Positions 51,058-59,020 of a stretch of DNA of 64,000 nt are shown here, in pieces. The position numbers and the translations under genes were made by a program. Position 1 is the stretch's first letter; the number at the start of each line of letters is the position of its first letter. Source of the DNA: a bacterium (GTDB lineage: Bacteria; Desulfobacterota; DSWW01). The notes under the pieces were generated by a model. That model did not search any database. It worked only from the letters and a program-made list of their open reading frames with translations, and was not told the DNA's origin. The stretch is taken from positions 96,001-160,000 of the forward strand of contig JBFLZG010000126.1 of NCBI GenBank assembly GCA_040756235.1. The letters are read 5' to 3'.

Positions 51058-52792
51058 ACGGGCCGGATGCCGACGGGAGCGGCCGGCCGGAGCGTCCAAG
51101 GCATCGCCGCGGCGCACCTTGTTCCTCTGCATCCTGGCTTGTGCGCTGCAGATGCTGCAGTGCTCCGCGAGCCCGGACGAGAGGACGCAACCCGGGCGTC
51201 CTCGGGCCGGCTCCGCGCCATCCCTGCCGGGGGCCTCGCGCCCGGCCCGCGGCCCGGACACGGCGCGCGCCCCGGACGACGGCTTGCGCGTTCACAAATC
51301 CGTGTTGGCCGGGTCCTGGTACCCTGCCGGCCGGGCCGGGCTCGAACAGGCGGTCCGTGGTCATCTGGCCGCACAACGGGCCGCGGACACCGCTCCGGCG
51401 GACCGGCTGATCGCGCTCGTCGTGCCGCACGCCGGCTACAGGTACTCCGGCGCCACGGCGGCATCCGGCTTCAGCCTCCTCACGCGGACCCGGCACGACA
51501 GGATCATTCTCCTGGGGCCGAGCCACAGCCACTCTTTCAGAGGCCTGTCTCTGGGCGATTACGACTTCTATGAAACACCGCTCGGCCGGGTCCCGGTCGA
51601 CCGGGATGGGCGCGCCCGCATGGCGGGCTGCCCGCTGGTGTCTCCCGATCTCGAGCCGCACGTTCGGGAACATGCGATCGACGTCGAGCTGCCCTTCCTG
51701 CAGGTGGCGCTCAAGGACCGGCCTTTCACCATCCTCCCCTTGCTGGTCGGAGATCTCGAAGAGGAGGACTATGCCGAGCTTGCCGCTGCGCTCGCCGAGC
51801 TTGTTGATGAACGAACCGTGGCTGTGATAAGTTCTGACTTCACTCACTACGGCCCGCGATTCGGGTATGTGCCTTTTCCGCCTGGGGAATCGGTCCCGGA
51901 AGCAGTGCGGTCCCTGGACGCGGAGGCGTGGGAAACCGTGCTGCGATGCGATCGCCGGGCGTTCCTGCGCTTGCGTGCAAGGACGGGCATCACCGTATGC
52001 GGCTACCGAGCCATCGCCGTGCTGCTGGAAATGCTGCCGCAGGGCTGCCGGGGCCGCCTGTTGTCCTACTCGACTTCCGCCGACGTCACCGGCGATCTTG
52101 AGAATACGGTCAGCTATGTCGCTCTCGCTTTTTTCCGGGATTCCTCCCACACGCGGCAGCCGCAGCCGTCGAAGAAAGGGCCGGCGCAGAACATGAGCTC
52201 GACGGAGTCGCCCAGAGGAGCGCCGGATGCGGGCACCGGCCTGTCCCCTTCCGAAAAGGAAACCCTCCTGCGGCTCGCGCGGGACACGCTGGAGAGCTAC
52301 GTGCGCTCCGGCCGCACGCCCGATCCCTTGGCCGCCCCTTACCGGATCACCGACAACCTCAAGCAGAAGCGAGGTGCCTTCGTCACCCTCAAGAAGGGGG
52401 GCGAGCTACGGGGCTGCATCGGCTACATCCAACCGATCGAGCCGGTCTATGCGGCGGTGCAGGAAAATACGATCAACGCCGCCGCGCGGGACTCGCGTTT
52501 CCCGCCGGTCGAGAAAGAGGAGCTCGCATCGCTGCGGATCGAGATCTCGGTCCTCTCTCAGCCGAAACGCATCGCTTCGTACGAGGACATCGCCCTCGGG
52601 ACCCATGGAATCATCCTCAAGAAAGGGCTCCATCAGTCGGTTTTCCTCCCCCAGGTGGCTCCCGAGCAGGGCTGGGACCTGCCGGAGACCCTGCGAAATC
52701 TGTCCCTCAAGGCCGGACTGCCGGCAGATGCCTGGAGACATCGGGAGACGACCTTTTCCATCTTCACCGCCGAGATTCTCGACGAATTTTGA
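51026..52792 (+). CDS. MEMO1 (AmmeMemoRadiSam protein B) - AMMECR1 (protein A) fusion; start uncertain
   Basis: AGSWYP, PHAGYRYSG, GPSH, EHAIDVELPFLQ, SSDFTHYG, TVCG, then GAFVTL, LRGCIG, DSRF, FLPQVAPEQGW. Confidence 0.88.
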   Translation: MHRSFSRWDFERAGCRRERPAGASKASPRRTLFLCILACALQMLQCSASPDERTQPGRPRAGSAPSLPGASRPARGPDTARAPDDGLRVHKSVLAGSWYPAGRAGLEQAVRGHLAAQRAADTAPADRLIALVVPHAGYRYSGATAASGFSLLTRTRHDRIILLGPSHSHSFRGLSLGDYDFYETPLGRVPVDRDGRARMAGCPLVSPDLEPHVREHAIDVELPFLQVALKDRPFTILPLLVGDLEEEDYAELAAALAELVDERTVAVISSDFTHYGPRFGYVPFPPGESVPEAVRSLDAEAWETVLRCDRRAFLRLRARTGITVCGYRAIAVLLEMLPQGCRGRLLSYSTSADVTGDLENTVSYVALAFFRDSSHTRQPQPSKKGPAQNMSSTESPRGAPDAGTGLSPSEKETLLRLARDTLESYVRSGRTPDPLAAPYRITDNLKQKRGAFVTLKKGGELRGCIGYIQPIEPVYAAVQENTINAAARDSRFPPVEKEELASLRIEISVLSQPKRIASYEDIALGTHGIILKKGLHQSVFLPQVAPEQGWDLPETLRNLSLKAGLPADAWRHRETTFSIFTAEILDEF

Positions 52793-53700
52793 GCCAGGAG
52801 ATCCTTTTGACCGAAACAACGACGCCGGCGGGCCTCTCCGTGGTGGTGCCCGTCTACAATGAAGAGAAAGCGATCGGGGCGGTGATCGACGAGATCCTCG
52901 AGTCTCTCGAGCGCGCCGGACGCCCCTACGAGATCATCGCGGTGGATGACGGGTCCAGGGACCGGACCGCAGAGATCCTCAAGGAAAAGCCGGTGCGCGT
53001 GCTGTCGCACCCGCGCAACCGGGGATACGGAGCGGCGCTCAAGACCGGGATCTCCGCAGCCAGGCACGGCCGCGTGGCCATCGTGGACGGTGACGGCACG
53101 TATGAGCCGGGCGACCTCGGCCGGCTCATGGATTCCATGCAGGGCTGCGACATGGTCGTCGGGGCGAGAATCGGCAAGAGGGTACAGATTCCGTGGAGCC
53201 GGAGGCCGGCCAAGTGGGTGCTGACGAAGTTGGCCAACCTGCTGACCGATACCAAGATCCCGGACCTCAATTCGGGTTTCCGCATCATGGACAAAGCCGT
53301 GGCCGAGAAATTCTTCGCCATCCTGCCGGCGAATTTCTCCTTCACCAGCACGATCACGATGGCGCTGCTGATCAACGGCTACGACGTGAAGTTCGTCCAG
53401 ACCGGCTACCGCAAGCGCCAGGGCAAGTCCAAGATCAGGCCCGTTCAGGACACCGTGAACTTCCTGTCCCTGATCCTGCGCACGGGCCTCTATTTCGCGC
53501 CCCTCAAGGTCTTCCTCCCCATGAGCCTGTTCATCATCGCCTTGAGCCTTCTCAAGATGACCCTGGTGGACATCCTGCTCATCCAGAACATGACCGACTC
53601 CACCCTTCTCCTGCTGCTGGGCGGGGTTCAGGTCGGCATGCTCGGGCTCCTGGCCGACCTGATCGACAAGAGAAGCCCTCCCCTCTGGAAGAAGAAGTAG
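52789..53700 (+). CDS. GT2 polyprenol-phosphate glycosyltransferase with C-terminal TM helices
   Basis: VVVPVYNEE, VDDGSRD, NRGYG, DGDG, DLNSGFR; two C-terminal TM helices. Confidence 0.85.
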   Translation: MSQEILLTETTTPAGLSVVVPVYNEEKAIGAVIDEILESLERAGRPYEIIAVDDGSRDRTAEILKEKPVRVLSHPRNRGYGAALKTGISAARHGRVAIVDGDGTYEPGDLGRLMDSMQGCDMVVGARIGKRVQIPWSRRPAKWVLTKLANLLTDTKIPDLNSGFRIMDKAVAEKFFAILPANFSFTSTITMALLINGYDVKFVQTGYRKRQGKSKIRPVQDTVNFLSLILRTGLYFAPLKVFLPMSLFIIALSLLKMTLVDILLIQNMTDSTLLLLLGGVQVGMLGLLADLIDKRSPPLWKKK

Positions 53701-53708
53701 CCCGGGCC

Positions 53709-54515
53709 ATGCCGCCGGAAGCTCCCTCTCTGAAGATCCTGAAGATCGGCGGTTCCGTCCTCACGGATCGCAGCGTGGAGCGTCCCCGGGTGCGAAGAGC
53801 TCTCCTGGCGAGACTGGCTGCCGAAATCGCCGCCGCCTGGCGGGCCGGCGGCTTCCGGCTGCTGCTCATTCACGGAGCCGGATCGTTCGGGCACCCCATC
53901 GTGAGGCGAACGGGGATCGAGCGCGGCCTCGCCAACGAATCCCACAGGATCGCGTTCGCGGAGACACAGAGGCTGCAGAGCGTTCTGAACGGCATCGTCG
54001 TCCGTGCCCTCCTGCGCGAAGGTCTCCCCGCCTTCCCCTTCCAGGCCTCCGCCAATGCCGTCCTCGAGAGAGGCGAGATCCGCTCCTTCTCGCTGGAAGC
54101 GGTCGCGGGGCTGCTGTCGTGGGGGCTCGTTCCGGTGCTCAACGGTGTGCCCGCCGTGGATGTGGAGCGCGGCTGCTCGATCCTGTCCGGGGACGTGCTC
54201 GCCGGCCATCTGGCCGCTCGGCTCGGGGCAGTCGAGCTCCTGCACGGCACCGACGTGAGGGGCATCTACTCGGCCGACCCTGCGACCGACCCCGCGGCTC
54301 GTTTCCTGCCGCAGATCGACTTGCGGGCGGGCGGCGTGTTGCCGACCGGCATCGGCGGCTCGACCGCCACGGACGTGACGGGAGGAATGCGCAAGAAGCT
54401 GGAGGAGTTGGGCAAGACCAAGGCCCGGTGCCAGGTGTTCGATGCCACGTTCGTCGGAAACGTGCGACGAGCGCTCTCGGGCGGGATCGTGGGCACTCTC
54501 GTGGTCTGCGACTAG
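53709..54515 (+). CDS. Isopentenyl phosphate kinase-like (amino-acid kinase family)
   Basis: LKIGGSVLTD, HGAGSFGH (IPK signature His), ILSGD, TDVRGIY and DVTGGMRKKL motifs. Confidence 0.82.
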   Translation: MPPEAPSLKILKIGGSVLTDRSVERPRVRRALLARLAAEIAAAWRAGGFRLLLIHGAGSFGHPIVRRTGIERGLANESHRIAFAETQRLQSVLNGIVVRALLREGLPAFPFQASANAVLERGEIRSFSLEAVAGLLSWGLVPVLNGVPAVDVERGCSILSGDVLAGHLAARLGAVELLHGTDVRGIYSADPATDPAARFLPQIDLRAGGVLPTGIGGSTATDVTGGMRKKLEELGKTKARCQVFDATFVGNVRRALSGGIVGTLVVCD

Positions 54516-55462
54516 GAGCTCACCTGGATGGCGAACGCCCCGTAGCCCAGCGCCCTGATGCTGCGCGCCAGCCTGCCCGCCTGAGTCGGGTTCTCGACCA
54601 GCGCGATCAGGGATCCGCCGCCCCCGGCACCGGTCAGCTTGGCCCCGAGGGATCCCCCGGACCGGCAGAGGGATACGAGCCTGTCCAGGGTGTCGTTCGA
54701 TGCCCCGATCTCCCGCAACATTTCGTGGCCCCGATCCATCAGGCGGCCCAGCTCACGGGGCGCGCCGTGCTCCAGGGCGGTTCGCGCCTCCAGGGCCAGA
54801 GCGGAAGCCTGGCTGCAGAGATCGTGGAAACGCGACGGGTCTTCCGACGCGAACCGGGCGACCTTGCGGACCTGGTCCTTGGTGAGAGAGGGGCTGCCCG
54901 AATTGACGACGACCAGCCGGATCGGGGCGCCGGGTCGAAGAAACTCCCAGGGGTGTTCCCGGCCTCTGCAGTACCAGAGAACGCGTCCGAACGTGGAGAC
55001 CGTGTTGTCGATGCCCGAAGGATTGCTGGCGAACACCTTTTCTCCTTCGTAAGCCACGGTGTTGATCTGGTCGTCGGACCAGACGTGTCCGAGGGCCCGG
55101 CAGAGGGCCTTGGTGGCAGCCACGCAGAAGGCCGCGCTCGAGCCGAGCCCGCTCCAGCCGTAGAGGGACCCCCTGCACTCCAGGCGCACCCGGGTGCGCC
55201 CCGCAGAGGCCCCGCAGGACTCGAGTATGCGCCGCACCGCCTCCGCCAGGAAGGGGTCGGAAGTCGTCCTCGGCTTCTTTTCCCCAGGGGCGCGCATGAG
55301 GATCTCGAGCCCCGTTCCTTGGCGCAAAGTTGCGGCCACCGAAAGCGGTCGCAGCACGGGGACGGCGATTGCAGGTACTCCATAGACCACGAAGTGCTCG
55401 TTGACGAGGATCGCTTTGCGGAAGCCGGCTCCTGTTCCGGTCCCGATGACTGGGGTCCTCAT
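54512..55462 (-). CDS. mvk: Mevalonate kinase (GHMP kinase)
   Basis: KAILVNEHFVVYG, SGLGSSAA, EKVFASNPSGIDN and GAKLTGAGGGG motifs; ATG 55462 has GGAGAG upstream. Confidence 0.85.
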   Translation of the reverse strand: MRTPVIGTGTGAGFRKAILVNEHFVVYGVPAIAVPVLRPLSVAATLRQGTGLEILMRAPGEKKPRTTSDPFLAEAVRRILESCGASAGRTRVRLECRGSLYGWSGLGSSAAFCVAATKALCRALGHVWSDDQINTVAYEGEKVFASNPSGIDNTVSTFGRVLWYCRGREHPWEFLRPGAPIRLVVVNSGSPSLTKDQVRKVARFASEDPSRFHDLCSQASALALEARTALEHGAPRELGRLMDRGHEMLREIGASNDTLDRLVSLCRSGGSLGAKLTGAGGGGSLIALVENPTQAGRLARSIRALGYGAFAIQVSS

Positions 55463-55509
55463 GCTCTCCTTCCCTGTCCCGGCAGAATGTGGTTGAAGAC
55501 ACGGATGCA

Positions 55510-55533
55510 GAATGCTAGCATAAAATAGCATTC
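55510..55533. promoter_or_regulatory. AT-rich inverted repeat (operator-like) in the divergent intergenic region
   Basis: GAATGCTA-gcataaaa-TAGCATTC, with flanking GGATG...CATCC extending the symmetry. Confidence 0.45.
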
Positions 55534-55600
55534 ATCCACATATATATCAGGATCCGAACGCAACACGGGCGGGTCCGGATCCCGTCCTGGAGACCAGGCG

Positions 55601-57991
55601 ATGGCCATGGCCGCCGTCCTCCCGTCGATCGCCGCGCCGCGCAGGCCCCAGGCGACGAGCTGCCTGAAGGCAGCCTCGCTGCTGGTTTTCGTCTTCGCCG
55701 CTGCGCGGCCGGCGTACGGCTACATCGGGCCCGGCGCCGGGTTCGCCCTCCTGGTGCCTTTCTTCTCGTTCTTCGTCGTCTTTCTGCTGACCCTGGCAGC
55801 CCTCCTGAGCTGGCCTTTTCGGCTCCTGTTGGGCGCGGCCAGGAAGCCTGCGGCTCGTCCGGACCGCAAGGTGCGAAGGGCGATCGTCATCGGCTTTGAC
55901 GGCATGGAGCCCGGCCTCGCTGAGCGCTTCATGGGACAAGGCCTGCTGCCGAACCTGTCCGGGCTGCGCGAGCAGGGGACCTTTTGTCCGCTCGGGACCA
56001 CGCTTCCGGCCCTTTCGCCGGTCGCGTGGTCGACTTTCCAGACCGGGGTGAACCCCGGCAAGCACGCCATCTTCGACTTCATCAGGAGGGACGCGCGCAC
56101 CTACCTCGGGAAGCTGTCCTCGGCGCGCATTCGACCGCCCAGGCGCCGCCTGCGGCTCAAAGGCATCCATGTCCCTCTGGGCAAACCGGTCCTGCAAGGC
56201 TTGCGCAGATCCAAACCGTTCTGGGCCATCCTGGGCGAGAAGGGCGTCTCCAGCATCATCCTGCGGGTACCGATTACCTTCCCTCCGGAGCCGTTCCAGG
56301 GGATGAGCCTGTCCGGCATGTGTGTCCCGGACCTGCAAGGAACCCAGGGCTCGTTCTCGTACTACACCGATCGGCCGGACTCCATGATCGGTACGGACGC
56401 GGCCAAGACCATCCGCGTGCGGTGGAACGGCCTCAGTCTCGACACCTGCATACCCGGCCCGCCCCACCCGTTCAGACCGTCCGCTGGGAGGCTGCAATGC
56501 CCGCTACGACTGGAGCGCCGGGAAAGCTCGCTGACGATCCGGGTGAACGGCACCCGCCGCAGCCTTGCGGTCGGTGAATACACGCCCTGGATGGCCGTTC
56601 CGTTCCGAGCCGGGCCCTTCAGGATCCGCGGCACGGTCCGGTTCTATCTCAAGCAGCTCCGGCCCTACTTCGATCTCTACCTGACGCCCGTCAACATCGA
56701 TCCGGCCTTTCCCTCCCTGCCGATCTCCCATCCGCGCGGATTTTCCGTCTATCTGGCCAAGAAGAAAGGGCCCTTTGCCACCCTCGGGCTGGCCGAGGAC
56801 ACCTCCGGCCTGAACGAGGGAGTCCTGGACGATCAGGCTTTTCTCCGGCAGTGTTACGACATTCACCGGGAAAGGGAAGAGGTCTTCTGGGACGCTCTGG
56901 ACCACGTTCGCGACGGGCTCCTGGTCTCGGTGTTCGATTTGACGGACCGCGTGCAACACATGTTCTGGCGCGACGAAGACCGGCTGCATCCCGCGCGGCC
57001 GCCGGACCGGGACGCAACCTCACCCAACGCGCTGGAGGAGGTCTATCGCAAGGCCGATGCTTTCCTGGGCAAGCTCCTGGACCGAATCGGCCCGGACACC
57101 CTGCTGCTGGTGATTTCGGACCACGGGTTCGCCTCCTTCCGACGGGCGGTGAACCTGAACACCTGGCTCCAGCGCGAGGGCTATCTGGCCTTTCAGGGCT
57201 CCGGGGAGCCAGGAGAGTGGTTCAAGGGTGTGGACTGGTCGCGCACCAGGGCGTTTGCCCTGGGGCTTTGCGGTGTGTACCTGAACCTGCGCGGCAGAGA
57301 GCGTTCCGGCACCGTTCAGCCGGGTGCGGAAGCTCGGCGGCTCCGAAGGGAAATCGCGTGCAGGCTGAAGGATCTCCAGGACCCCCGGAACGGGGCCCGC
57401 CCCATCCACGGCGTGTTCGAGGCCGTGAGCTCTTACCGCGGACCTTACAGGGACGAGGCTCCCGACCTGCTCGTGACCTTTCGGGAAGGATACAGGGTCT
57501 CCTGGGAGTCGGCGACGGGTCAGGTCTCGGACGCCGTCTTCGCGGACAATACGAGGTGCTGGAGCGGCGATCACTGCCTGCGGCCGGACCTGATTCCGGG
57601 GGTGTTCTTTTCAAATCGAAAGCTCTTGAGCCCGCGGCCCCGGCTTCTGGATCTGGCGCCGACCCTGCTGGCCGCGTTCGGCATCGAGCCGCCGGCCTAC
57701 ATGGACGGGCGGGCCATGGAGCTCGACTGGGACAGGGGCGCCGGGGAATCCCGCGACGGCCCGCACACGAAGATCCGTGCGGCGGCGCCGCAGAGAGAGG
57801 AGCGCATGGCGCGGAAAATAAAGATTGACGGGGATTTGATGAGAAGGTTAATGCAGTGTAGCAGAGCCGCGGGATACACGTCCGCAGAGGAGTTCGTCGC
57901 CCACGTGCTCGAGAAAGAGATCGCCAGGCAGGAAGCCGGAGACGAAGAAGAGGTGAGCCGCAAACTGAAAGGTCTCGGGTACATCTCCTGA
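55601..57991 (+). CDS. Alkaline-phosphatase-superfamily (type I phosphodiesterase/NPP-like) membrane-anchored enzyme with C-terminal RHH-like module
   Basis: Signal/TM region AYGYIGPGAG, then GFDG, PALSPVAWSTFQTGVNPGKH, DRVQH, SDHG, SGDH, LDLAPTLL. Confidence 0.8.
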   Translation: MAMAAVLPSIAAPRRPQATSCLKAASLLVFVFAAARPAYGYIGPGAGFALLVPFFSFFVVFLLTLAALLSWPFRLLLGAARKPAARPDRKVRRAIVIGFDGMEPGLAERFMGQGLLPNLSGLREQGTFCPLGTTLPALSPVAWSTFQTGVNPGKHAIFDFIRRDARTYLGKLSSARIRPPRRRLRLKGIHVPLGKPVLQGLRRSKPFWAILGEKGVSSIILRVPITFPPEPFQGMSLSGMCVPDLQGTQGSFSYYTDRPDSMIGTDAAKTIRVRWNGLSLDTCIPGPPHPFRPSAGRLQCPLRLERRESSLTIRVNGTRRSLAVGEYTPWMAVPFRAGPFRIRGTVRFYLKQLRPYFDLYLTPVNIDPAFPSLPISHPRGFSVYLAKKKGPFATLGLAEDTSGLNEGVLDDQAFLRQCYDIHREREEVFWDALDHVRDGLLVSVFDLTDRVQHMFWRDEDRLHPARPPDRDATSPNALEEVYRKADAFLGKLLDRIGPDTLLLVISDHGFASFRRAVNLNTWLQREGYLAFQGSGEPGEWFKGVDWSRTRAFALGLCGVYLNLRGRERSGTVQPGAEARRLRREIACRLKDLQDPRNGARPIHGVFEAVSSYRGPYRDEAPDLLVTFREGYRVSWESATGQVSDAVFADNTRCWSGDHCLRPDLIPGVFFSNRKLLSPRPRLLDLAPTLLAAFGIEPPAYMDGRAMELDWDRGAGESRDGPHTKIRAAAPQREERMARKIKIDGDLMRRLMQCSRAAGYTSAEEFVAHVLEKEIARQEAGDEEEVSRKLKGLGYIS
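57806..57991 (+). CDS. Possible independently initiated 61-aa CopG/RHH-like protein, in frame within the upstream ORF
   Basis: GAGAGGAG RBS 4-5 nt before ATG 57806; KIKID-helix-GYTS-helix pattern; acidic tail ending LKGLGYIS. Confidence 0.55.
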   Translation: MARKIKIDGDLMRRLMQCSRAAGYTSAEEFVAHVLEKEIARQEAGDEEEVSRKLKGLGYIS

Positions 57992-58090
57992 TCGGGCTGC
58001 CCCCCGGGCGCGGCTGGCGCTGCGCAGCCCGGCGCGGCCCGCGCGCTTCCTGGCCGAACGAACGAAGGAACATCTGAGAACAGGTACTCC

Positions 58091-58927
58091 GTGCGACATC
58101 TCGAACACATTCAGAAGGCTCTCGGCTCCGGGCTTGCCTTTGTCCTGGACCCTCTCTCGGGCCAGCCGCAGATCTGGTCCGTCGCTCTGATGGCCCTCCT
58201 CACGTCCGTGCTGGCGCTTTCGGTCTATCGACGGTTTTCCTCCAGGAACGAGATGGAGGCCTCCCGAGACCGCGTGCAAAGCTCGCTGCTGGAGGTGCGC
58301 CTCTTCAGGGAGGACCCGGTCCTCATGGCCAGGGCGGTGGGCTCTCTGGCGCGAGCCAACCTGACCCACGTGCGACTTCACCTCAAACCTCTGCTCATCC
58401 TTTTCCTCCCGGTCGCAGCGGTCCTGGCGTGCTGTGAGGGAAGGTTCGGCTATCGCCCCTTTCTGCCGGGGGAGCCCATCCTGTTCAAGACGTTCTGGAA
58501 GTCGGCGGCTCTGTCGGGCGAAGCGACACCGGATATCGTGGTCCCGCCGGAGTTGACCGTGGAGACGCCGCCCCTCCGGCTGGCCGGCCGTGGTGAAGTG
58601 GACTGGCGCCTCAGCGCCCTGCGGACGGGGGAGCACACGTTTTCTCTCAAGAGCTCCCAGGGCTTTTATGAAGGTACGATTTCGGTCTCGAGCAGGGCCC
58701 GGCAGGTTGCGGCCCGGACCCGGACCTTGCTGTTCCGGGAGTCCATCGTCCATCCCCCCTCGGAGGGGATCGCCGAGGCTGCCGCGGAGCTGGATGCCGT
58801 GGAAATCGCCTACCCGCGTCGGAGCTGGACCGTGCTCGGCCGCGAGTGGGACTGGATCTGGATTTTTCTGGCTCTGACCTTTCTTTCCGGCTATCTGATG
58901 AAGGGTTGGTTCGGGGTGCAGTTTTAG
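58091..58927 (+). CDS. Membrane protein resembling DUF106/EMC3/TMCO1 (Oxa1 superfamily) with an inserted soluble domain
   Basis: TM1, helical hairpin, TM2 (LKPLLILFLP), ~120 aa beta-rich insert, TM3 (DWIWIFLALTFLSGYLMKGWFGV). Confidence 0.55.
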   Translation: MRHLEHIQKALGSGLAFVLDPLSGQPQIWSVALMALLTSVLALSVYRRFSSRNEMEASRDRVQSSLLEVRLFREDPVLMARAVGSLARANLTHVRLHLKPLLILFLPVAAVLACCEGRFGYRPFLPGEPILFKTFWKSAALSGEATPDIVVPPELTVETPPLRLAGRGEVDWRLSALRTGEHTFSLKSSQGFYEGTISVSSRARQVAARTRTLLFRESIVHPPSEGIAEAAAELDAVEIAYPRRSWTVLGREWDWIWIFLALTFLSGYLMKGWFGVQF

Positions 58928-59020
58928 CCTCCGGGAGCCGCATTCCCGCAGAGGCTCCTGAAAGCTCGGGGATGCATGGCTACTTGCTTCCATGCGCTCG
59001 TGGGGATGCGAGGTCGAAGG

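Noticed and set aside
53709..54515. Call as uridylate/acetylglutamate kinase or FomA fosfomycin kinase
   Set aside because: HGAGSFGH plus DVTGGM and adjacency to mevalonate kinase favour IPK. FomA cannot be fully excluded without a phylogeny.
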